Part shown: in pieces, positions 48,555-59,166 of the stretch
Numbering within the stretch: position 1 is the stretch's first letter
How the letters are laid out: each line of letters opens with the position of its first letter
DNA from: a candidate division WOR-3 bacterium
GTDB lineage: Bacteria > Hydrothermota > Hydrothermia > LBFQ01
DNA length: 64,000 bases
Direction of reading: 5' to 3'
Assembly: GCA_039802605.1 (NCBI GenBank)
Contig: JBDRWW010000002.1
Span: 192,001 to 256,000, forward strand
Position numbers and translations under genes: made by a program
The notes under the pieces: generated by a model
What the model saw: the letters and a program-made list of their open reading frames with translations, nothing else
What the model was told of the DNA's origin: nothing
The model's database searches: none

Positions 48555-50147
48555 ATGCTTGAAATTTTACTTGCGGCCAGTAATCAGTATTTAAAAATAT
48601 ATGTTTTGCACTGGAACGATGCCCACGGACATATGGGATATAACGAGGCCTTTTGGCTTGACCCGGATTTCCCACCCTTGTTATCAAACGCCCGAGCCTT
48701 GGCCTATATGGTTAAAAAATACCGTGAAAAGGCTAAGAAAGAGGGTTCTTTGCTTTTGGTATTTGATGCGGCGGATTATTTTCAAGGGGATCCCTTAGGC
48801 GAATTGACTAAGGGCAAACTTTATATTGATATTATGAACTATATAGGATTGACGGCGGGAGCCGTTGGAAATCACGATTTTGATTTTGGCAGGGATATAT
48901 TGGATTCCCTTGCAAAATGGGCAAATTTTCCGCTATTATGCGCCAACCTAACGGATACACTCGGAAACCCACCTTCACTTGCAAAACCGTACATAATTAT
49001 TGACACCATGGGTATAAGAATAGCGGTTTTTGGGTTGATAACCCACTGGCTAAAAGGCATGGTTCCACCCCAAAATATGCCAGACCTTGATGTAAAGTGG
49101 GAATATTCATTCGTTAAGGAATTCGTTCCAAAATTGAGGAAGGAGTACAATCCGGATATAGTAATAGCATTAACGCATACGGGTTTTAGGCATGACCAGA
49201 GGAACGCCGACAGCATTAGGGGAATAGACCTAATAATAGGGGGGCATAGCCATACGGGTCTTTATAAGCCGTACTTTTCTCGGATAAATTCAACGGCCAT
49301 AGTTCAAGCGTTCTCACATATGGCAAACCTCGGAGTTGTAGAAATCCTTTACGATAGGAAAAACAAAACCATAGTTGATATAAAGGGTAAGATAATAACA
49401 TTAAATGCGGAAAGGGTTCCATCAGACCCCTATGTTGATTCCGTATTAACCGTTTACGAGAAAAAGGTGGATAGTATTTACGGGGAAGTGGTGGCTATAA
49501 GCGATGGGGATTTTAACAGGGGTGGGTTTGTTGAAAGTTCTATGGGAAATATTATAACGGATGCTATGAGGTGGTATGTTGAAGAAAGACTCGGAGAAAA
49601 AGACTTCCCCGTTGTTGCCATTTATAACGCCGGAGGTATAAGGGCAAACTTCCGTTATGGAAAGATTACAAAAAGGGATGTTTATAACGCCCTACCCTTC
49701 CCAAATGTCTTAATGTATGGAAAGGTAAAGGGGGAGGACTTATTAAAAATTTTAGGGGTTGGTTTTAACGGCCACCATGCAATATTCAACGTTTCGGGTT
49801 TAAAGTTGGAGTACAACAACGATAAACTTTATTTGGATAGTATAACCGCCGTTATTAGGGATAGCATAACCCTAGACAGCATGGGCGTCAAGACCTATAA
49901 CTTACCCTTAGCAGAAGTAAAAATACTTGAAGTTGGAGGAAGACCTTTTCACCCCGATTCCACATATATATTGGTTTCTAACGATTACCTTATAAACGGA
50001 GGAGGGGAATATGTGGTGTTTAAGACTTTATGGGATATAAAGGATACGGGAAGGAGGATATCGGATATAGTTGAGGAATATTTACGGTTTAAGGGTAGAA
50101 TTAAACCCCAAATAGAGGGGAGGATAAGGAAGATTAAGGGGATATGA
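48555..50147 (+). CDS. 5'-nucleotidase / UDP-sugar hydrolase family metallophosphoesterase
   Basis: HWNDAHG, DAADYFQG, GNHDFD, THTG, GGHSH, C-terminal NAGGIR and LPFPN. Confidence 0.9.
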   Translation: MLEILLAASNQYLKIYVLHWNDAHGHMGYNEAFWLDPDFPPLLSNARALAYMVKKYREKAKKEGSLLLVFDAADYFQGDPLGELTKGKLYIDIMNYIGLTAGAVGNHDFDFGRDILDSLAKWANFPLLCANLTDTLGNPPSLAKPYIIIDTMGIRIAVFGLITHWLKGMVPPQNMPDLDVKWEYSFVKEFVPKLRKEYNPDIVIALTHTGFRHDQRNADSIRGIDLIIGGHSHTGLYKPYFSRINSTAIVQAFSHMANLGVVEILYDRKNKTIVDIKGKIITLNAERVPSDPYVDSVLTVYEKKVDSIYGEVVAISDGDFNRGGFVESSMGNIITDAMRWYVEERLGEKDFPVVAIYNAGGIRANFRYGKITKRDVYNALPFPNVLMYGKVKGEDLLKILGVGFNGHHAIFNVSGLKLEYNNDKLYLDSITAVIRDSITLDSMGVKTYNLPLAEVKILEVGGRPFHPDSTYILVSNDYLINGGGEYVVFKTLWDIKDTGRRISDIVEEYLRFKGRIKPQIEGRIRKIKGI

Positions 50148-50821
50148 GGAAACGGGTTGTTATTCTCCTTGGCATTTTATCGTGCTCGGAGTACGGTATA
50201 TTTAAAGATTGGGAAAAGAGGGCACAAAAAGAACCCATATCGGTACTAAGGGAAATCGGAGATAGTTTGAGATCCCCAAAGTTTAAGAGAAAAATGGCTA
50301 CAACACCCCTTGGCCCCAAGGTTTTGGACCTGGCTATAAAAATTTCAAAGGATCTGGATTATTATAAACTTCCCATAGATTCACTTGTTAAATGCTCAGA
50401 CGGGTTAAAAAGTGTCGTACTATTCGTTTATGATTTTGGGATTTTTGACGAGAGGTGGAGCGATGTTTTATTCGCTTATAGGGAAATTCTAAGGGCTGCC
50501 TTGTATAAAATGGAAAACATAGACGATTTGGATTCCTTGGAAAGGATAACATACGCCTTACAACCCCCTTTAATGGCGGGTATATACAAAAAGGAATATG
50601 AAAAACTTATAGATCTGTATAGGAGTAAATCCGTAGCAAACGGGGAAATAAGGTGGGGCATGGGGGAGGGTGATGTTATTGAAGCTTGGGGAGAACCGGA
50701 TTCGGTTGATACGGTTTATTCAATATCAAACGCATCCTTTGGGAAGATATTGTATTGGAAGGATAGGGGTAAAGGCGTGTTAATATTGGATGGAAGGGTT
50801 GAGGATGTTTTTGAGCAATAG
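50144..50821 (+). CDS. Hypothetical lipoprotein
   Basis: Lipobox ILSC; C-terminal GM...V...WGEP motif (SmpA/OmlA-BLIP-like). Confidence 0.65.
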   Translation: MRKRVVILLGILSCSEYGIFKDWEKRAQKEPISVLREIGDSLRSPKFKRKMATTPLGPKVLDLAIKISKDLDYYKLPIDSLVKCSDGLKSVVLFVYDFGIFDERWSDVLFAYREILRAALYKMENIDDLDSLERITYALQPPLMAGIYKKEYEKLIDLYRSKSVANGEIRWGMGEGDVIEAWGEPDSVDTVYSISNASFGKILYWKDRGKGVLILDGRVEDVFEQ

Positions 50822-51544
50822 TTAGAATAAACCCTCACAAAATTTTAAAATATCCTGCCAAGAGGAGTGAAAAACTCTAAATACCTTTGTGGTTTTTAGC
50901 AGTTTGGCCATTGTATTTAAAACTTTGGGCGTTATAATATCCGGATTTAAGGCGTTTTCCGTAAAATATAAAAGCACTTCATAAGGTTCAACTTCGCGTA
51001 TTTCTGTACTCCTACCTTCGGAGAACTTTATAAGGAATATTGCATATATTTCGGAAGGGGCACCGATTTTATGAACCTTTAAGCTTTTTGTAATGGGTGG
51101 TGTGGGGAAAACCTTTAAACCGTTCAAAGATAGCATTACCATATCTTCACCCAAGTATCCCCAAGAATTTTCACAGAATCCCGAAACCGCCGTTGTTTTA
51201 CCGGATGCATGCCCCCCGAGAAAAAGGACGGCCTTTCCATCCCTTTCAACCGCCCCACCGTGTAAAACCAAAAACCCTTTAACCTTAGGTGCAAAAATGT
51301 TCCTCAAAGCCCTTCCCAAAAAAGCCGTAGTCAGATAAACATCGTCGTCCTCCTTTATCTCAATTATGCCCCTGTTTATGAACAAAATGTTCCTGTCTCC
51401 CGGAATGGCGCACAAATCCCATTCCCTTTGATAATTTTGGTAATACCTTGAAATCCCTTCAAGGATATTAAAGTTTTTAACCAAGGGCTTGGGAGCTCTA
51501 ACCCTTAAAAGGTTTTCGTAGATATTCAAAACGATTCTATTCAA
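50822..51544 (-). CDS. HPr kinase-related P-loop kinase
   Basis: LHGGAV...AVLFLGGHASGKTT...YLGED. Confidence 0.75.
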   Translation of the reverse strand: MNRIVLNIYENLLRVRAPKPLVKNFNILEGISRYYQNYQREWDLCAIPGDRNILFINRGIIEIKEDDDVYLTTAFLGRALRNIFAPKVKGFLVLHGGAVERDGKAVLFLGGHASGKTTAVSGFCENSWGYLGEDMVMLSLNGLKVFPTPPITKSLKVHKIGAPSEIYAIFLIKFSEGRSTEIREVEPYEVLLYFTENALNPDIITPKVLNTMAKLLKTTKVFRVFHSSWQDILKFCEGLF

Positions 51545-51905
51545 GGAAGGAAAGTTTTATAACTATCTCGTTCTTATTCACTATTTCCCCCTCGTTTTTA
51601 AAAATATCCTCAACTATTGCATCCTTTGGGGCGCTCAATATGATTTCCATTTTCATGGCCTCAATCACCGCCAACGCTTGATCCTTTTTCACCTCTTGCC
51701 CCTTTTTAACCTTTAAAGAGACCAACCTACCCGTCATTGGTGCCTTTATCTCATCCTCAACATATTCTTCCATATCCCCCGAAACCTTTAAATCCTTGCG
51801 AATACTATACACCCTACCCTTGTAAAAGACCTCATACCCACCCTTAACCTTAACAAAGTAAAATTTATGCCCGTTATGGATAAACCACCTACCTATCCTT
51901 TTCAT
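51537..51905 (-). CDS. Biotin carboxyl carrier protein
   Basis: APMTG, EAMKME biotinylation motif. Confidence 0.92.
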   Translation of the reverse strand: MKRIGRWFIHNGHKFYFVKVKGGYEVFYKGRVYSIRKDLKVSGDMEEYVEDEIKAPMTGRLVSLKVKKGQEVKKDQALAVIEAMKMEIILSAPKDAIVEDIFKNEGEIVNKNEIVIKLSFLE

Positions 51906-52695
51906 CGCTAGTCATCATATGGTTCATCTGGGCGTCAAGGTTATCAACGAGATGAACTAGTAATGCTTCAAGGGTTTTGGGATATACGGGCGAACCCTTT
52001 GAATACTCCCCGTGATGAGCCAAGATTATATGTACAACCTCATCAATTACATTTCTGGGTATACCAAATTCCTTGCCCTTATCCCTTATATATGTGGCCG
52101 CCAAAAATATATGCCCAAACTTTATATAATACCTGTCGTGTTCAAATTTGGGCATAATGTTGAATTCCCAAACCTTTCCCAAATCGTGAAAGAGCGCCCC
52201 AAGTAATGCTATATCCGTGTTTAAATTGTAGAACTTTGAAAGGTTATAGACTATTTCGCCAACATTTGCGGTGTGTTGTAATAAACCCCCTATGTACGCA
52301 TGGTGGTATTTCTTTGCGGCTACCCCTTTTTTAAACATATCCCACAGGGGTTCAAAAACCGTCTTAACAAAGTCCCTTAACCTGGCGTCCTCAATTTTTT
52401 CAACCAAAGCCCAAAACCTCTTTTCATCCTCCTCTATTGTTGGGGATACGGGTAGAAAATCTTCTGGTTTTGGATTCTCAATTTTCTCAAACCCCTCAAC
52501 AAAAACCACCCCTCCTTTATAAACCCCCCTTATTCTGTAAGCGCATCCCTCTTCCAAATCATTAACGCTTTCAACCCAGATTTCACCCGTTTTATCAAAA
52601 ACCTTATACCTTATCTCGTCCTTCTTGGATAAAACCATAACCTTTAAATCAACACTTTCCCCATCCTTCAAGTTCTTGATTTCCGATATTTTCAT
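51889..52695 (-). CDS. OB-fold + HD domain 3'-5' exonuclease (YhaM/Cbf1 family)
   Basis: AAKKYHHAYIGGLLQHT, HDLGK, GHI, HHG, P.T.EA...H..D. Confidence 0.88.
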   Translation of the reverse strand: MKISEIKNLKDGESVDLKVMVLSKKDEIRYKVFDKTGEIWVESVNDLEEGCAYRIRGVYKGGVVFVEGFEKIENPKPEDFLPVSPTIEEDEKRFWALVEKIEDARLRDFVKTVFEPLWDMFKKGVAAKKYHHAYIGGLLQHTANVGEIVYNLSKFYNLNTDIALLGALFHDLGKVWEFNIMPKFEHDRYYIKFGHIFLAATYIRDKGKEFGIPRNVIDEVVHIILAHHGEYSKGSPVYPKTLEALLVHLVDNLDAQMNHMMTSDEKDR

Positions 52696-52724
52696 AAAGT
52701 CGGGTATTATAAAACGGATAAATT

Positions 52725-53471
52725 TTACCTTATACCCAAATTCCCCTTTGTGATTTTAAACCTTTCGTTCCTTCTCCTCCCCGATATGTCGTACATAACC
52801 CCTTTTGTTTTCCTTAAACGCTTTGCCGATTCCGAAACTCCTATTAAAATTATTTCCTTGCCAGTACCCACTGGGTATGAAATCGTATAACTTGAAGAAC
52901 CGTAATAAACCGTTTGGTATGTGCTATCCCAAATCTCCTTTGTTATTCCAAAAAATGGTTTGTAATAAAATCTGCGGACTTCAACGAACATTATGGAATC
53001 CGGGGAGAAGGCTGAGGTAAAGATTATTAAGTATTTCGGCCTTAAAGAAACCCTAACATTTCCCGTTATAGTTGATACGGTATCGTTTAGAGATTCAACA
53101 CCGGCCAAAGAAGGACTATATATAATGGTGTCCGCCATACCGTCCATATCCGTATCTATAAAGGGGATTTTCGTATTTAAGGGTAAAAGGCAGTCGTTCC
53201 AAGCCTCCCAAGTATCGCCAACGGAAGGGTTGTACCTGGCAAACCTGTAAAAGGGGTTATGGAAGTGATTGTTCCCATACCAAATAAATGTTGAGTCCAA
53301 AAGCGTGTCCCTCTTAATATAAATCTTTGCAATCTTGCCGTATATATCCGTACACGAGCCGTACAATGGTAAATTATATGTTGCCGCAACGCTATCCCTT
53401 TCGTTGTTTCCCCAAGGTATTACCCTATAATCCCAAAAATTGCCTACGCTTAAACCCAAGTAGGATAACAT
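52725..53471 (-). CDS. Hypothetical exported protein with truncated T9SS-like C-terminus
   Basis: L.VGN.W.Y N-terminal motif; C-terminal IGVSE...YDISGRR. Confidence 0.6.
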   Translation of the reverse strand: MLSYLGLSVGNFWDYRVIPWGNNERDSVAATYNLPLYGSCTDIYGKIAKIYIKRDTLLDSTFIWYGNNHFHNPFYRFARYNPSVGDTWEAWNDCLLPLNTKIPFIDTDMDGMADTIIYSPSLAGVESLNDTVSTITGNVRVSLRPKYLIIFTSAFSPDSIMFVEVRRFYYKPFFGITKEIWDSTYQTVYYGSSSYTISYPVGTGKEIILIGVSESAKRLRKTKGVMYDISGRRRNERFKITKGNLGIR

Positions 53472-53507
53472 AATTAAAGAATTTTATGGGTGAAAGGTTT
53501 TAAGGAT

Positions 53508-53744
53508 TTATGCCATACCGTCTATTAACTCCGCAAGTTTCCTGTCCTTATCGGTTATTTTATTTCCCTCGTCATGTGTTGTCGTCCGTATTAAAACCCT
53601 GTTATATTTTATTATAATATCCGGGTGATGTCCGAGTCTTTCCGCCAAGATTCCCACCTTAACGACAAACGCCAAAGCCTCAATAAAATCCTTAAAAACA
53701 AACTCCCTTTCAAGAAAATTTTCCCTCTCCAACCACATATTCAT
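53508..53744 (-). CDS. Pterin-4-alpha-carbinolamine dehydratase
   Basis: F.DF..A..F, AE...HHPD, THD, ITDKD; start revised to ATG 53744 (ATGA overlap). Confidence 0.92.
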   Translation of the reverse strand: MNMWLERENFLEREFVFKDFIEALAFVVKVGILAERLGHHPDIIIKYNRVLIRTTTHDEGNKITDKDRKLAELIDGMA

Positions 53745-54481
53745 TTCCTTATTAAAAAGATATAACCATAAACCGCGAGAATCATAAGGATGCTCAACAC
53801 CCCAACCAGTTTTACCAGCCTCCAAACAACAACCTCATACCTCTTGTTTGCAGAATCATATTCAAAGCAGTATAAGAGAAATTGATATACGAGCTTGTTT
53901 TCCCCTATATTTCCCTTTGAAGCCTCTAAAAGGGATAACCTTACATCCATAGGGTTTATCTCACCCAGATCGTAAATAACTCCGGATGTTTTTCCGTCTG
54001 GGGTTAGCGTGAATATTGCAACCGGATGGGAATACAAGCCGTTTTTTAACATCTTGTATTTATATCCCAACTTTTGGGAGAGTTTTAGGATGTTTAAAGA
54101 ATCCCCTACCGAAAAAATGGCGGCATCTTTGAAGAAGAATTCATAAGTTTTAAACTTTTCAGAAGCATCCTTAACCGTATTTCTGTGGTTGAAGGAATAT
54201 ACGAGAACCCTGTAATCCCTCCCCGGCTTCAAATCCTTTATCTTTGTCAAGGCCTCATATGTTTTTAAAAGCACAGTGGAGCATACTACGGGACAATCGT
54301 AATACATCGGCACGATTAAAACCGGCCTTTTACCATCAAAAATTTCGGCAATATTGAACCTCCTACCGTTTTGATCCGTAAGGAAAACATCATCCACTTT
54401 AACCCCACCTTTAAAATCAACCCCCACGCCCTTAATATCGTTGGGAACATATGTACTAAATTCTGCGATAAAAATTATCAT
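53741..54481 (-). CDS. SCO/SenC family copper chaperone
   Basis: YYDCPVVC, conserved His (YSHP), C-terminal CF.YD and TM; in cox operon. Confidence 0.88.
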   Translation of the reverse strand: MIIFIAEFSTYVPNDIKGVGVDFKGGVKVDDVFLTDQNGRRFNIAEIFDGKRPVLIVPMYYDCPVVCSTVLLKTYEALTKIKDLKPGRDYRVLVYSFNHRNTVKDASEKFKTYEFFFKDAAIFSVGDSLNILKLSQKLGYKYKMLKNGLYSHPVAIFTLTPDGKTSGVIYDLGEINPMDVRLSLLEASKGNIGENKLVYQFLLYCFEYDSANKRYEVVVWRLVKLVGVLSILMILAVYGYIFLIRK

Positions 54482-54789
54482 CGCATACCAAAATACCCCG
54501 CCCTTGTTAGGACATCAATTATGGGTAATGCCAAGAGGATTAACAGAAGTAAAAGGGGTATTGTTATCATAAACCACAGCAGCTTACTCTCGTATTTTAA
54601 ATGCATAAAGAACAATGCCACCAATGACGCCTTTACGGATGCTATTGAAAGGGCTATTATGGTGTTCGTAATTTTACCCAAGTCTATCCCCGCCGCCCAA
54701 ACGGTTATAAAGGTTAGAATGTAAAGGGCTATTGCAACCGCAAGATATACGGGCGGCGTAACTATGTGTTCCTTATGATTATCTTTCAT
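54478..54789 (-). CDS. Cytochrome c oxidase subunit IV (caa3-type)
   Basis: LT..TV, KASLVALFFMHLKYE; start revised to ATG 54789 after GGAGG. Confidence 0.88.
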   Translation of the reverse strand: MKDNHKEHIVTPPVYLAVAIALYILTFITVWAAGIDLGKITNTIIALSIASVKASLVALFFMHLKYESKLLWFMITIPLLLLLILLALPIIDVLTRAGYFGMR

Positions 54790-54800
54790 CCCCCACCTCC

Positions 54801-55439
54801 TTATTTTATCAAATAGAAAAGCGGGAAAAGGTATATCCATATTAAATCCACGAGGTGCCAGTAAAGACCGGAAACTTCAACGGGTCCGTAATATTCGGAT
54901 GAAAACTTCCCCCTTAAAGCCATAATGAGTATCCCAGTAAGGACCAACACACCCACCAACACATGCAATCCGTGTAATCCCGTAAGCATAAAGTATAGGG
55001 AGAAGAATAAGGCTTGACCCTTATGCCCCTCTTGTATGAAATGGTTGAACTCTTTACCTCCGGGGTATAAGCCCTCGTGAAACTTGACGGGCCATTCAAC
55101 CGTCAATTTCACAACCAAGAATGCTACTCCCAAAAGTATTGTCAATAAAAGGAAGAGGTTTAACAGATTCTTCCTGTTGGTTTGGGCGCTCCAAACACCC
55201 ATAGCCATTGTAAAGGAACTCGTTATAAGTACAATGGTATTGATAAAACCTATTGTCCTGTTGAGGTGGTGGTGCGCTATTTCAAAATCCTTGGCATATA
55301 CGGAATGGAAAACGGCATACGCGGCAAACAGGCCACCGAACAGTAATAACTCCGTGAACAGGAAAAGCCACATCCCCATTTTTGCCCCTTCAAGGCCGGC
55401 ATGCCTTTCTTCATGATGTTTTTCAAGGGTTGCCTCCAT
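54801..55439 (-). CDS. coxC: Cytochrome c oxidase subunit III
   Basis: GMWLFL.TE...F, TGLHGLHV, GLYWHLVD..W. Confidence 0.93.
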   Translation of the reverse strand: MEATLEKHHEERHAGLEGAKMGMWLFLFTELLLFGGLFAAYAVFHSVYAKDFEIAHHHLNRTIGFINTIVLITSSFTMAMGVWSAQTNRKNLLNLFLLLTILLGVAFLVVKLTVEWPVKFHEGLYPGGKEFNHFIQEGHKGQALFFSLYFMLTGLHGLHVLVGVLVLTGILIMALRGKFSSEYYGPVEVSGLYWHLVDLIWIYLFPLFYLIK

Positions 55440-55450
55440 ACCTAACCTCC

Positions 55451-57049
55451 TTAGTGTTTTACGAAATCGTAAGGACCCTCTTTAACCACGGGTATTTTTT
55501 CAAAGTTTTCCGTTGGAGGGGGTGAGGGTATTGTCCATTCAAGGGATTTACCACCCCAAGGGTTATCCGGAGCCTTCTTACCCTTCCATATGGCAAAGAG
55601 AAATACGCCGAGGGATATCAATATTCCCGCCGCTATGAAGTAAGAACCTATGGTTGATGTGAAGTGCAAAGGTTGAAATTCTACGGGGTAATCCCAATAC
55701 CTTCTAGGCATACCCCGAATGCCCAAGATAAATTGCGGGAAGAAAGTTAAGTTAAACCCTATGAAATTGAGCAGCCAACCCACCTTCGCCCACTTTTCGT
55801 TATACATCTTTCCAAACATTTTTGGAGTCCAGTGGAAGAGCGCCCCGAAAAAGGCGAAAACCGCCGCGCCAACCATAACGTAGTGAAAGTGCCCAACCAC
55901 AAAATATGTGTCATGCAGGTGTATATCCGTTCCGAGGTTTGCCAAAAATAAACCCGTTAAACCACCTATTAAGAATAGGGATATAAATCCTAAGGCGTAA
56001 AGCATGGGGGTTGTGAAAGAAATTTTACCTTTATACAATGTAGCCGTCCAGTTGAATATCTTTACGGCCGTGGGAACGGCAACAAAATATGTTAAAAATG
56101 AGAAAATTATATCCGCAACCGGGGACATACCCGCAACGAACATGTGGTGCCCCCAAACCAAAAATCCTATAAAGGCTATTGCAAGGGAAGATGCCGCTAT
56201 AAACCAATACCCAAATATGGGCTTCCTGCTATGGACGGATACCAATTCCGAGATAACCCCGAAAGCGGGCAGTATCATTATATAAACGGCCGGGTGGGAA
56301 TAAAACCAGAATAAGTGTTGGAACAAAACCGGATCACCACCCTTCGCAGGATTAAAGAAACCTATACCCAAAATGTTCTCCATGCCCAAGAGTAATAGGG
56401 TTATACCCAAAACGGGTGTGGCTAGCAACTGCACTAAACTTGTGGCATACAATGCCCATACGAACAAAGGTAATTTACCCCATGTTAATCCGGGTGCCCT
56501 TAATTTATGAATCGTAACTATGAAGTTCATACCCGTTAAAATGGAGGACATTCCGAGTGTGAAAATGGCTAAGGAAACGATAAAAACATTAAGTCCCTTG
56601 TTTGCGCTGTAAGGTGTGTAAAATGTCCAACCCGTATCTATTGGTCCAAATAGAAGGGAAGCCAAAAGCATCAAAGCGCCCAAAACGAAGATCCAATAGC
56701 TCAGAAGGTTTATCCTCGGGAACGCAACATCCCTTGCACCGATCATTATGGGTAAAAAGAAGTTTCCCAAACCCGATGGTATTATGGGAATTATCACCAA
56801 AAAGATTAAAATTGCACCGTGTAGGGTGAAGAGTATGTTGTGGGCTTCCGGTGATAAAAATTGCTTTCCGGGAAAGAGTAATTCGGTTCTGAATATTATT
56901 GCAAACAGTCCTCCAACGAGTAGGAATATGAGGCTTGTGAACATATACATTAGGCCTATTCTCTTGTGATCCAGGGTAAAAAGCCACGATTTTAAACCCT
57001 TTGCATCCAAATAGCTATTATGCCTTTCAACCGCTTCCCTTACTTCCAT
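55451..57049 (-). CDS. coxA: Cytochrome c oxidase subunit I, type A2
   Basis: [15 protein letters not shown] (YS motif = A2), [20 protein letters not shown]. Confidence 0.96.
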   Translation of the reverse strand: MEVREAVERHNSYLDAKGLKSWLFTLDHKRIGLMYMFTSLIFLLVGGLFAIIFRTELLFPGKQFLSPEAHNILFTLHGAILIFLVIIPIIPSGLGNFFLPIMIGARDVAFPRINLLSYWIFVLGALMLLASLLFGPIDTGWTFYTPYSANKGLNVFIVSLAIFTLGMSSILTGMNFIVTIHKLRAPGLTWGKLPLFVWALYATSLVQLLATPVLGITLLLLGMENILGIGFFNPAKGGDPVLFQHLFWFYSHPAVYIMILPAFGVISELVSVHSRKPIFGYWFIAASSLAIAFIGFLVWGHHMFVAGMSPVADIIFSFLTYFVAVPTAVKIFNWTATLYKGKISFTTPMLYALGFISLFLIGGLTGLFLANLGTDIHLHDTYFVVGHFHYVMVGAAVFAFFGALFHWTPKMFGKMYNEKWAKVGWLLNFIGFNLTFFPQFILGIRGMPRRYWDYPVEFQPLHFTSTIGSYFIAAGILISLGVFLFAIWKGKKAPDNPWGGKSLEWTIPSPPPTENFEKIPVVKEGPYDFVKH

Positions 57050-57061
57050 TTTTCACCTCCT

Positions 57062-58150
57062 TTATTTAAGCGTTTTTATAAACTCAACAATGTCCGAAAT
57101 TTGTTCCTCGGTCAATTGCCCCTGAAATGAGGGCATAACCGCCTGATAACCCTTAACTATTTTAGCCTTGGGTTCAAGGATGGATTCCCTTATGTAATTC
57201 TCGTCGGCAACAACCCTTTTTCCATCGGATAACTCCACATCACGGCCGAATAAACCCTTCCAAGTTGGACCTATACCCGGAGAACCATCAAAAGAATGGC
57301 AACTTACACAGAGTTTTTGTGATATTATTTTACCCCTTTCCGCCGGGGATAAAGAGGCTAAGAGTTTTTCCTGTGCCCCGGACCACTCGTTAAACTCCTC
57401 ATCCGAAAGGCTTAATATGGCATAAACGGAGTCTAAGGGCATGTTTGCCAAAGTGTTGTTAAACCTGTCGGCGGGTATGGACTTAAACCTTTCAAACAGT
57501 TTTGGTGGCAATGCAACCACCTTTGCCGGCATCCTTGAATGCCAAGCCCCACAATATTCCGTACAGAAAACCTCGTATTCCCCTGGTTTTTTTGCCTCAA
57601 ACCATATCTTTGTGAACCTGCCGGGAATCGCATCGTATTTTGCCCTAAACTCTGGAACATAAAAACTGTGTATAACATCTTGCGAGGTAAGGATTAACCG
57701 TACGGGTTCCCCCGCGGGTACAAAAATTACGGGTTGAAAATCCTTAGGCGTTATACCCTTATCGTCTTTTATGGTTCCCGTAATAATCTTTTTACCATCG
57801 GGATATTCCGCAGTCCAACCCCATTGCCTTGCGGTTATTCTGATTTCAAGGGAAGGCTGGTTTTCCGGCCATTTAACTTTGGCATAAGCCTTATACCCGA
57901 ACCAGAATATGACAAAAAGTAGGATTGTGGGTATAACCGTCCATACTATTTCCAAAGTGGTATTATGGCTTATGGGTGCTCCCACTCCTTCATCTCCCGG
58001 ACTTCTGCGATACTTTATTATAAAAACCAAGAGCGCTATGTTTATTATTGCAAAGAATACAAACGATAGCCAGAAGGTAATCCAAAATGCGGTATCGGTA
58101 TTTACGGCGTATGTGGATGCCCTTTCCGGCAAAAGTGTAATTATCCACAT
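57062..58150 (-). CDS. coxB: Cytochrome c oxidase subunit II with fused C-terminal cytochrome c (caa3)
   Basis: EIVWT, DVIHSF, CTEYCGAWHSRM CuA site, CVSCH + MP. Confidence 0.95.
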   Translation of the reverse strand: MWIITLLPERASTYAVNTDTAFWITFWLSFVFFAIINIALLVFIIKYRRSPGDEGVGAPISHNTTLEIVWTVIPTILLFVIFWFGYKAYAKVKWPENQPSLEIRITARQWGWTAEYPDGKKIITGTIKDDKGITPKDFQPVIFVPAGEPVRLILTSQDVIHSFYVPEFRAKYDAIPGRFTKIWFEAKKPGEYEVFCTEYCGAWHSRMPAKVVALPPKLFERFKSIPADRFNNTLANMPLDSVYAILSLSDEEFNEWSGAQEKLLASLSPAERGKIISQKLCVSCHSFDGSPGIGPTWKGLFGRDVELSDGKRVVADENYIRESILEPKAKIVKGYQAVMPSFQGQLTEEQISDIVEFIKTLK

Positions 58151-58159
58151 AGACTTGAT

Positions 58160-58192
58160 ATTATAAAGTGGTAAAGTTGCAAATGCATTGCA
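58160..58192 (-). promoter_or_regulatory. cox promoter core TTACCACTTTATAAT plus 7-1-7 box
   Basis: 15-mer at 58160-58174 identical to the nos promoter; TGCAAAT-G-CATTGCA at 58178-58192. Confidence 0.65.
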
Positions 58193-58194
58193 TT

Positions 58195-59166
58195 TTAACC
58201 GAAGAAGTGTTTGGCGTTCAGAAACTCATCCACGCTAACGGTTTTTAATCTACCAACGCAGGCATGCATATCCAAAGTCATAACATCGTATCCGTTGTAC
58301 GCGGTTATATAACCGAATTTTTTGTTTTTTAAAAGCTCATAGGCGAAGTTCCCCATTGTGTGTGCCATAAGTCTATCATAGGCGGATGGGGATCCACCCC
58401 TTAAAACATAACCTATTTCAACAAACCTGGTTTCCAAGTTTAATATACTTGCGAGCTTCCTCTGTATGTGTATTCCAACATTTTGAACCTTTTGGTCGGA
58501 ATATCTAACACCTTCCGCAACCACAACTATACTAAAACTTCTCCCTATCTTCTTCCTATTTTCAATAACTTCCGCTATCTCATCAATTGTTAAAGGATAT
58601 TCGGGAATAACTATTACATCCGCACCTGCCGATATTCCGGAGTAAAGGGCTATCCATCCCGTATGCCTCCCCATAACCTGAACCACAAAAACCCTTTTGT
58701 GGGATTCCGCCGTGGAATGGAGTCTGTCTATAAGGTTTGTTGCGACATTAACGGCGGTATCAAACCCTATGCTTTCCGTTCCCCATATATCGTTATCTAT
58801 GGTTTTCGGAATAAACACAACCCTACCCCAAACCCTCTGAAAGTGGTTTGCAATGTGTAAAGAACCGTTTCCGCCTATAACGATTAAACCATCAATACCT
58901 TCAAGGTTTTCAAGGGCTTTGTTCAAAAAATCCCCATCATCCAAGGGGTTAAACCTTGATGTTCCGAGAATGGTACCCCCTTGATAAATTATCCCGCTAA
59001 CGCTTTCCCTATTCAAGTTTATAAAATCCCCAAATGTCACACCCTTCCAACCATCCCTAAAACCTATAACCTCATCCCCTTCGTTTATAGCCCTTCTAAC
59101 GATAGCCCTTATCGCCGCATTGAGTCCGGGACAATCCCCACCGGAGGTTAGAACCCCCAATCTCAT
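58195..59166 (-). CDS. pfkA: 6-phosphofructokinase (PfkA family, probably ATP-dependent)
   Basis: TSGGDCPGLN, GGTILGTSR, GGNGS, PKTIDND, MGR. Confidence 0.93.
   Translation of the reverse strand: MRLGVLTSGGDCPGLNAAIRAIVRRAINEGDEVIGFRDGWKGVTFGDFINLNRESVSGIIYQGGTILGTSRFNPLDDGDFLNKALENLEGIDGLIVIGGNGSLHIANHFQRVWGRVVFIPKTIDNDIWGTESIGFDTAVNVATNLIDRLHSTAESHKRVFVVQVMGRHTGWIALYSGISAGADVIVIPEYPLTIDEIAEVIENRKKIGRSFSIVVVAEGVRYSDQKVQNVGIHIQRKLASILNLETRFVEIGYVLRGGSPSAYDRLMAHTMGNFAYELLKNKKFGYITAYNGYDVMTLDMHACVGRLKTVSVDEFLNAKHFFG

Noticed and set aside
48555..50147. SoxB thiosulfohydrolase
   Set aside because: Same superfamily, but no Tat signal and no sox genes; generic 5'-nucleotidase motifs suffice
58195..59166. 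PPi-dependent phosphofructokinase
   Set aside because: GGNGS has Gly rather than the Asp of GGDD typical of PPi-dependent enzymes, so ATP use is more likely
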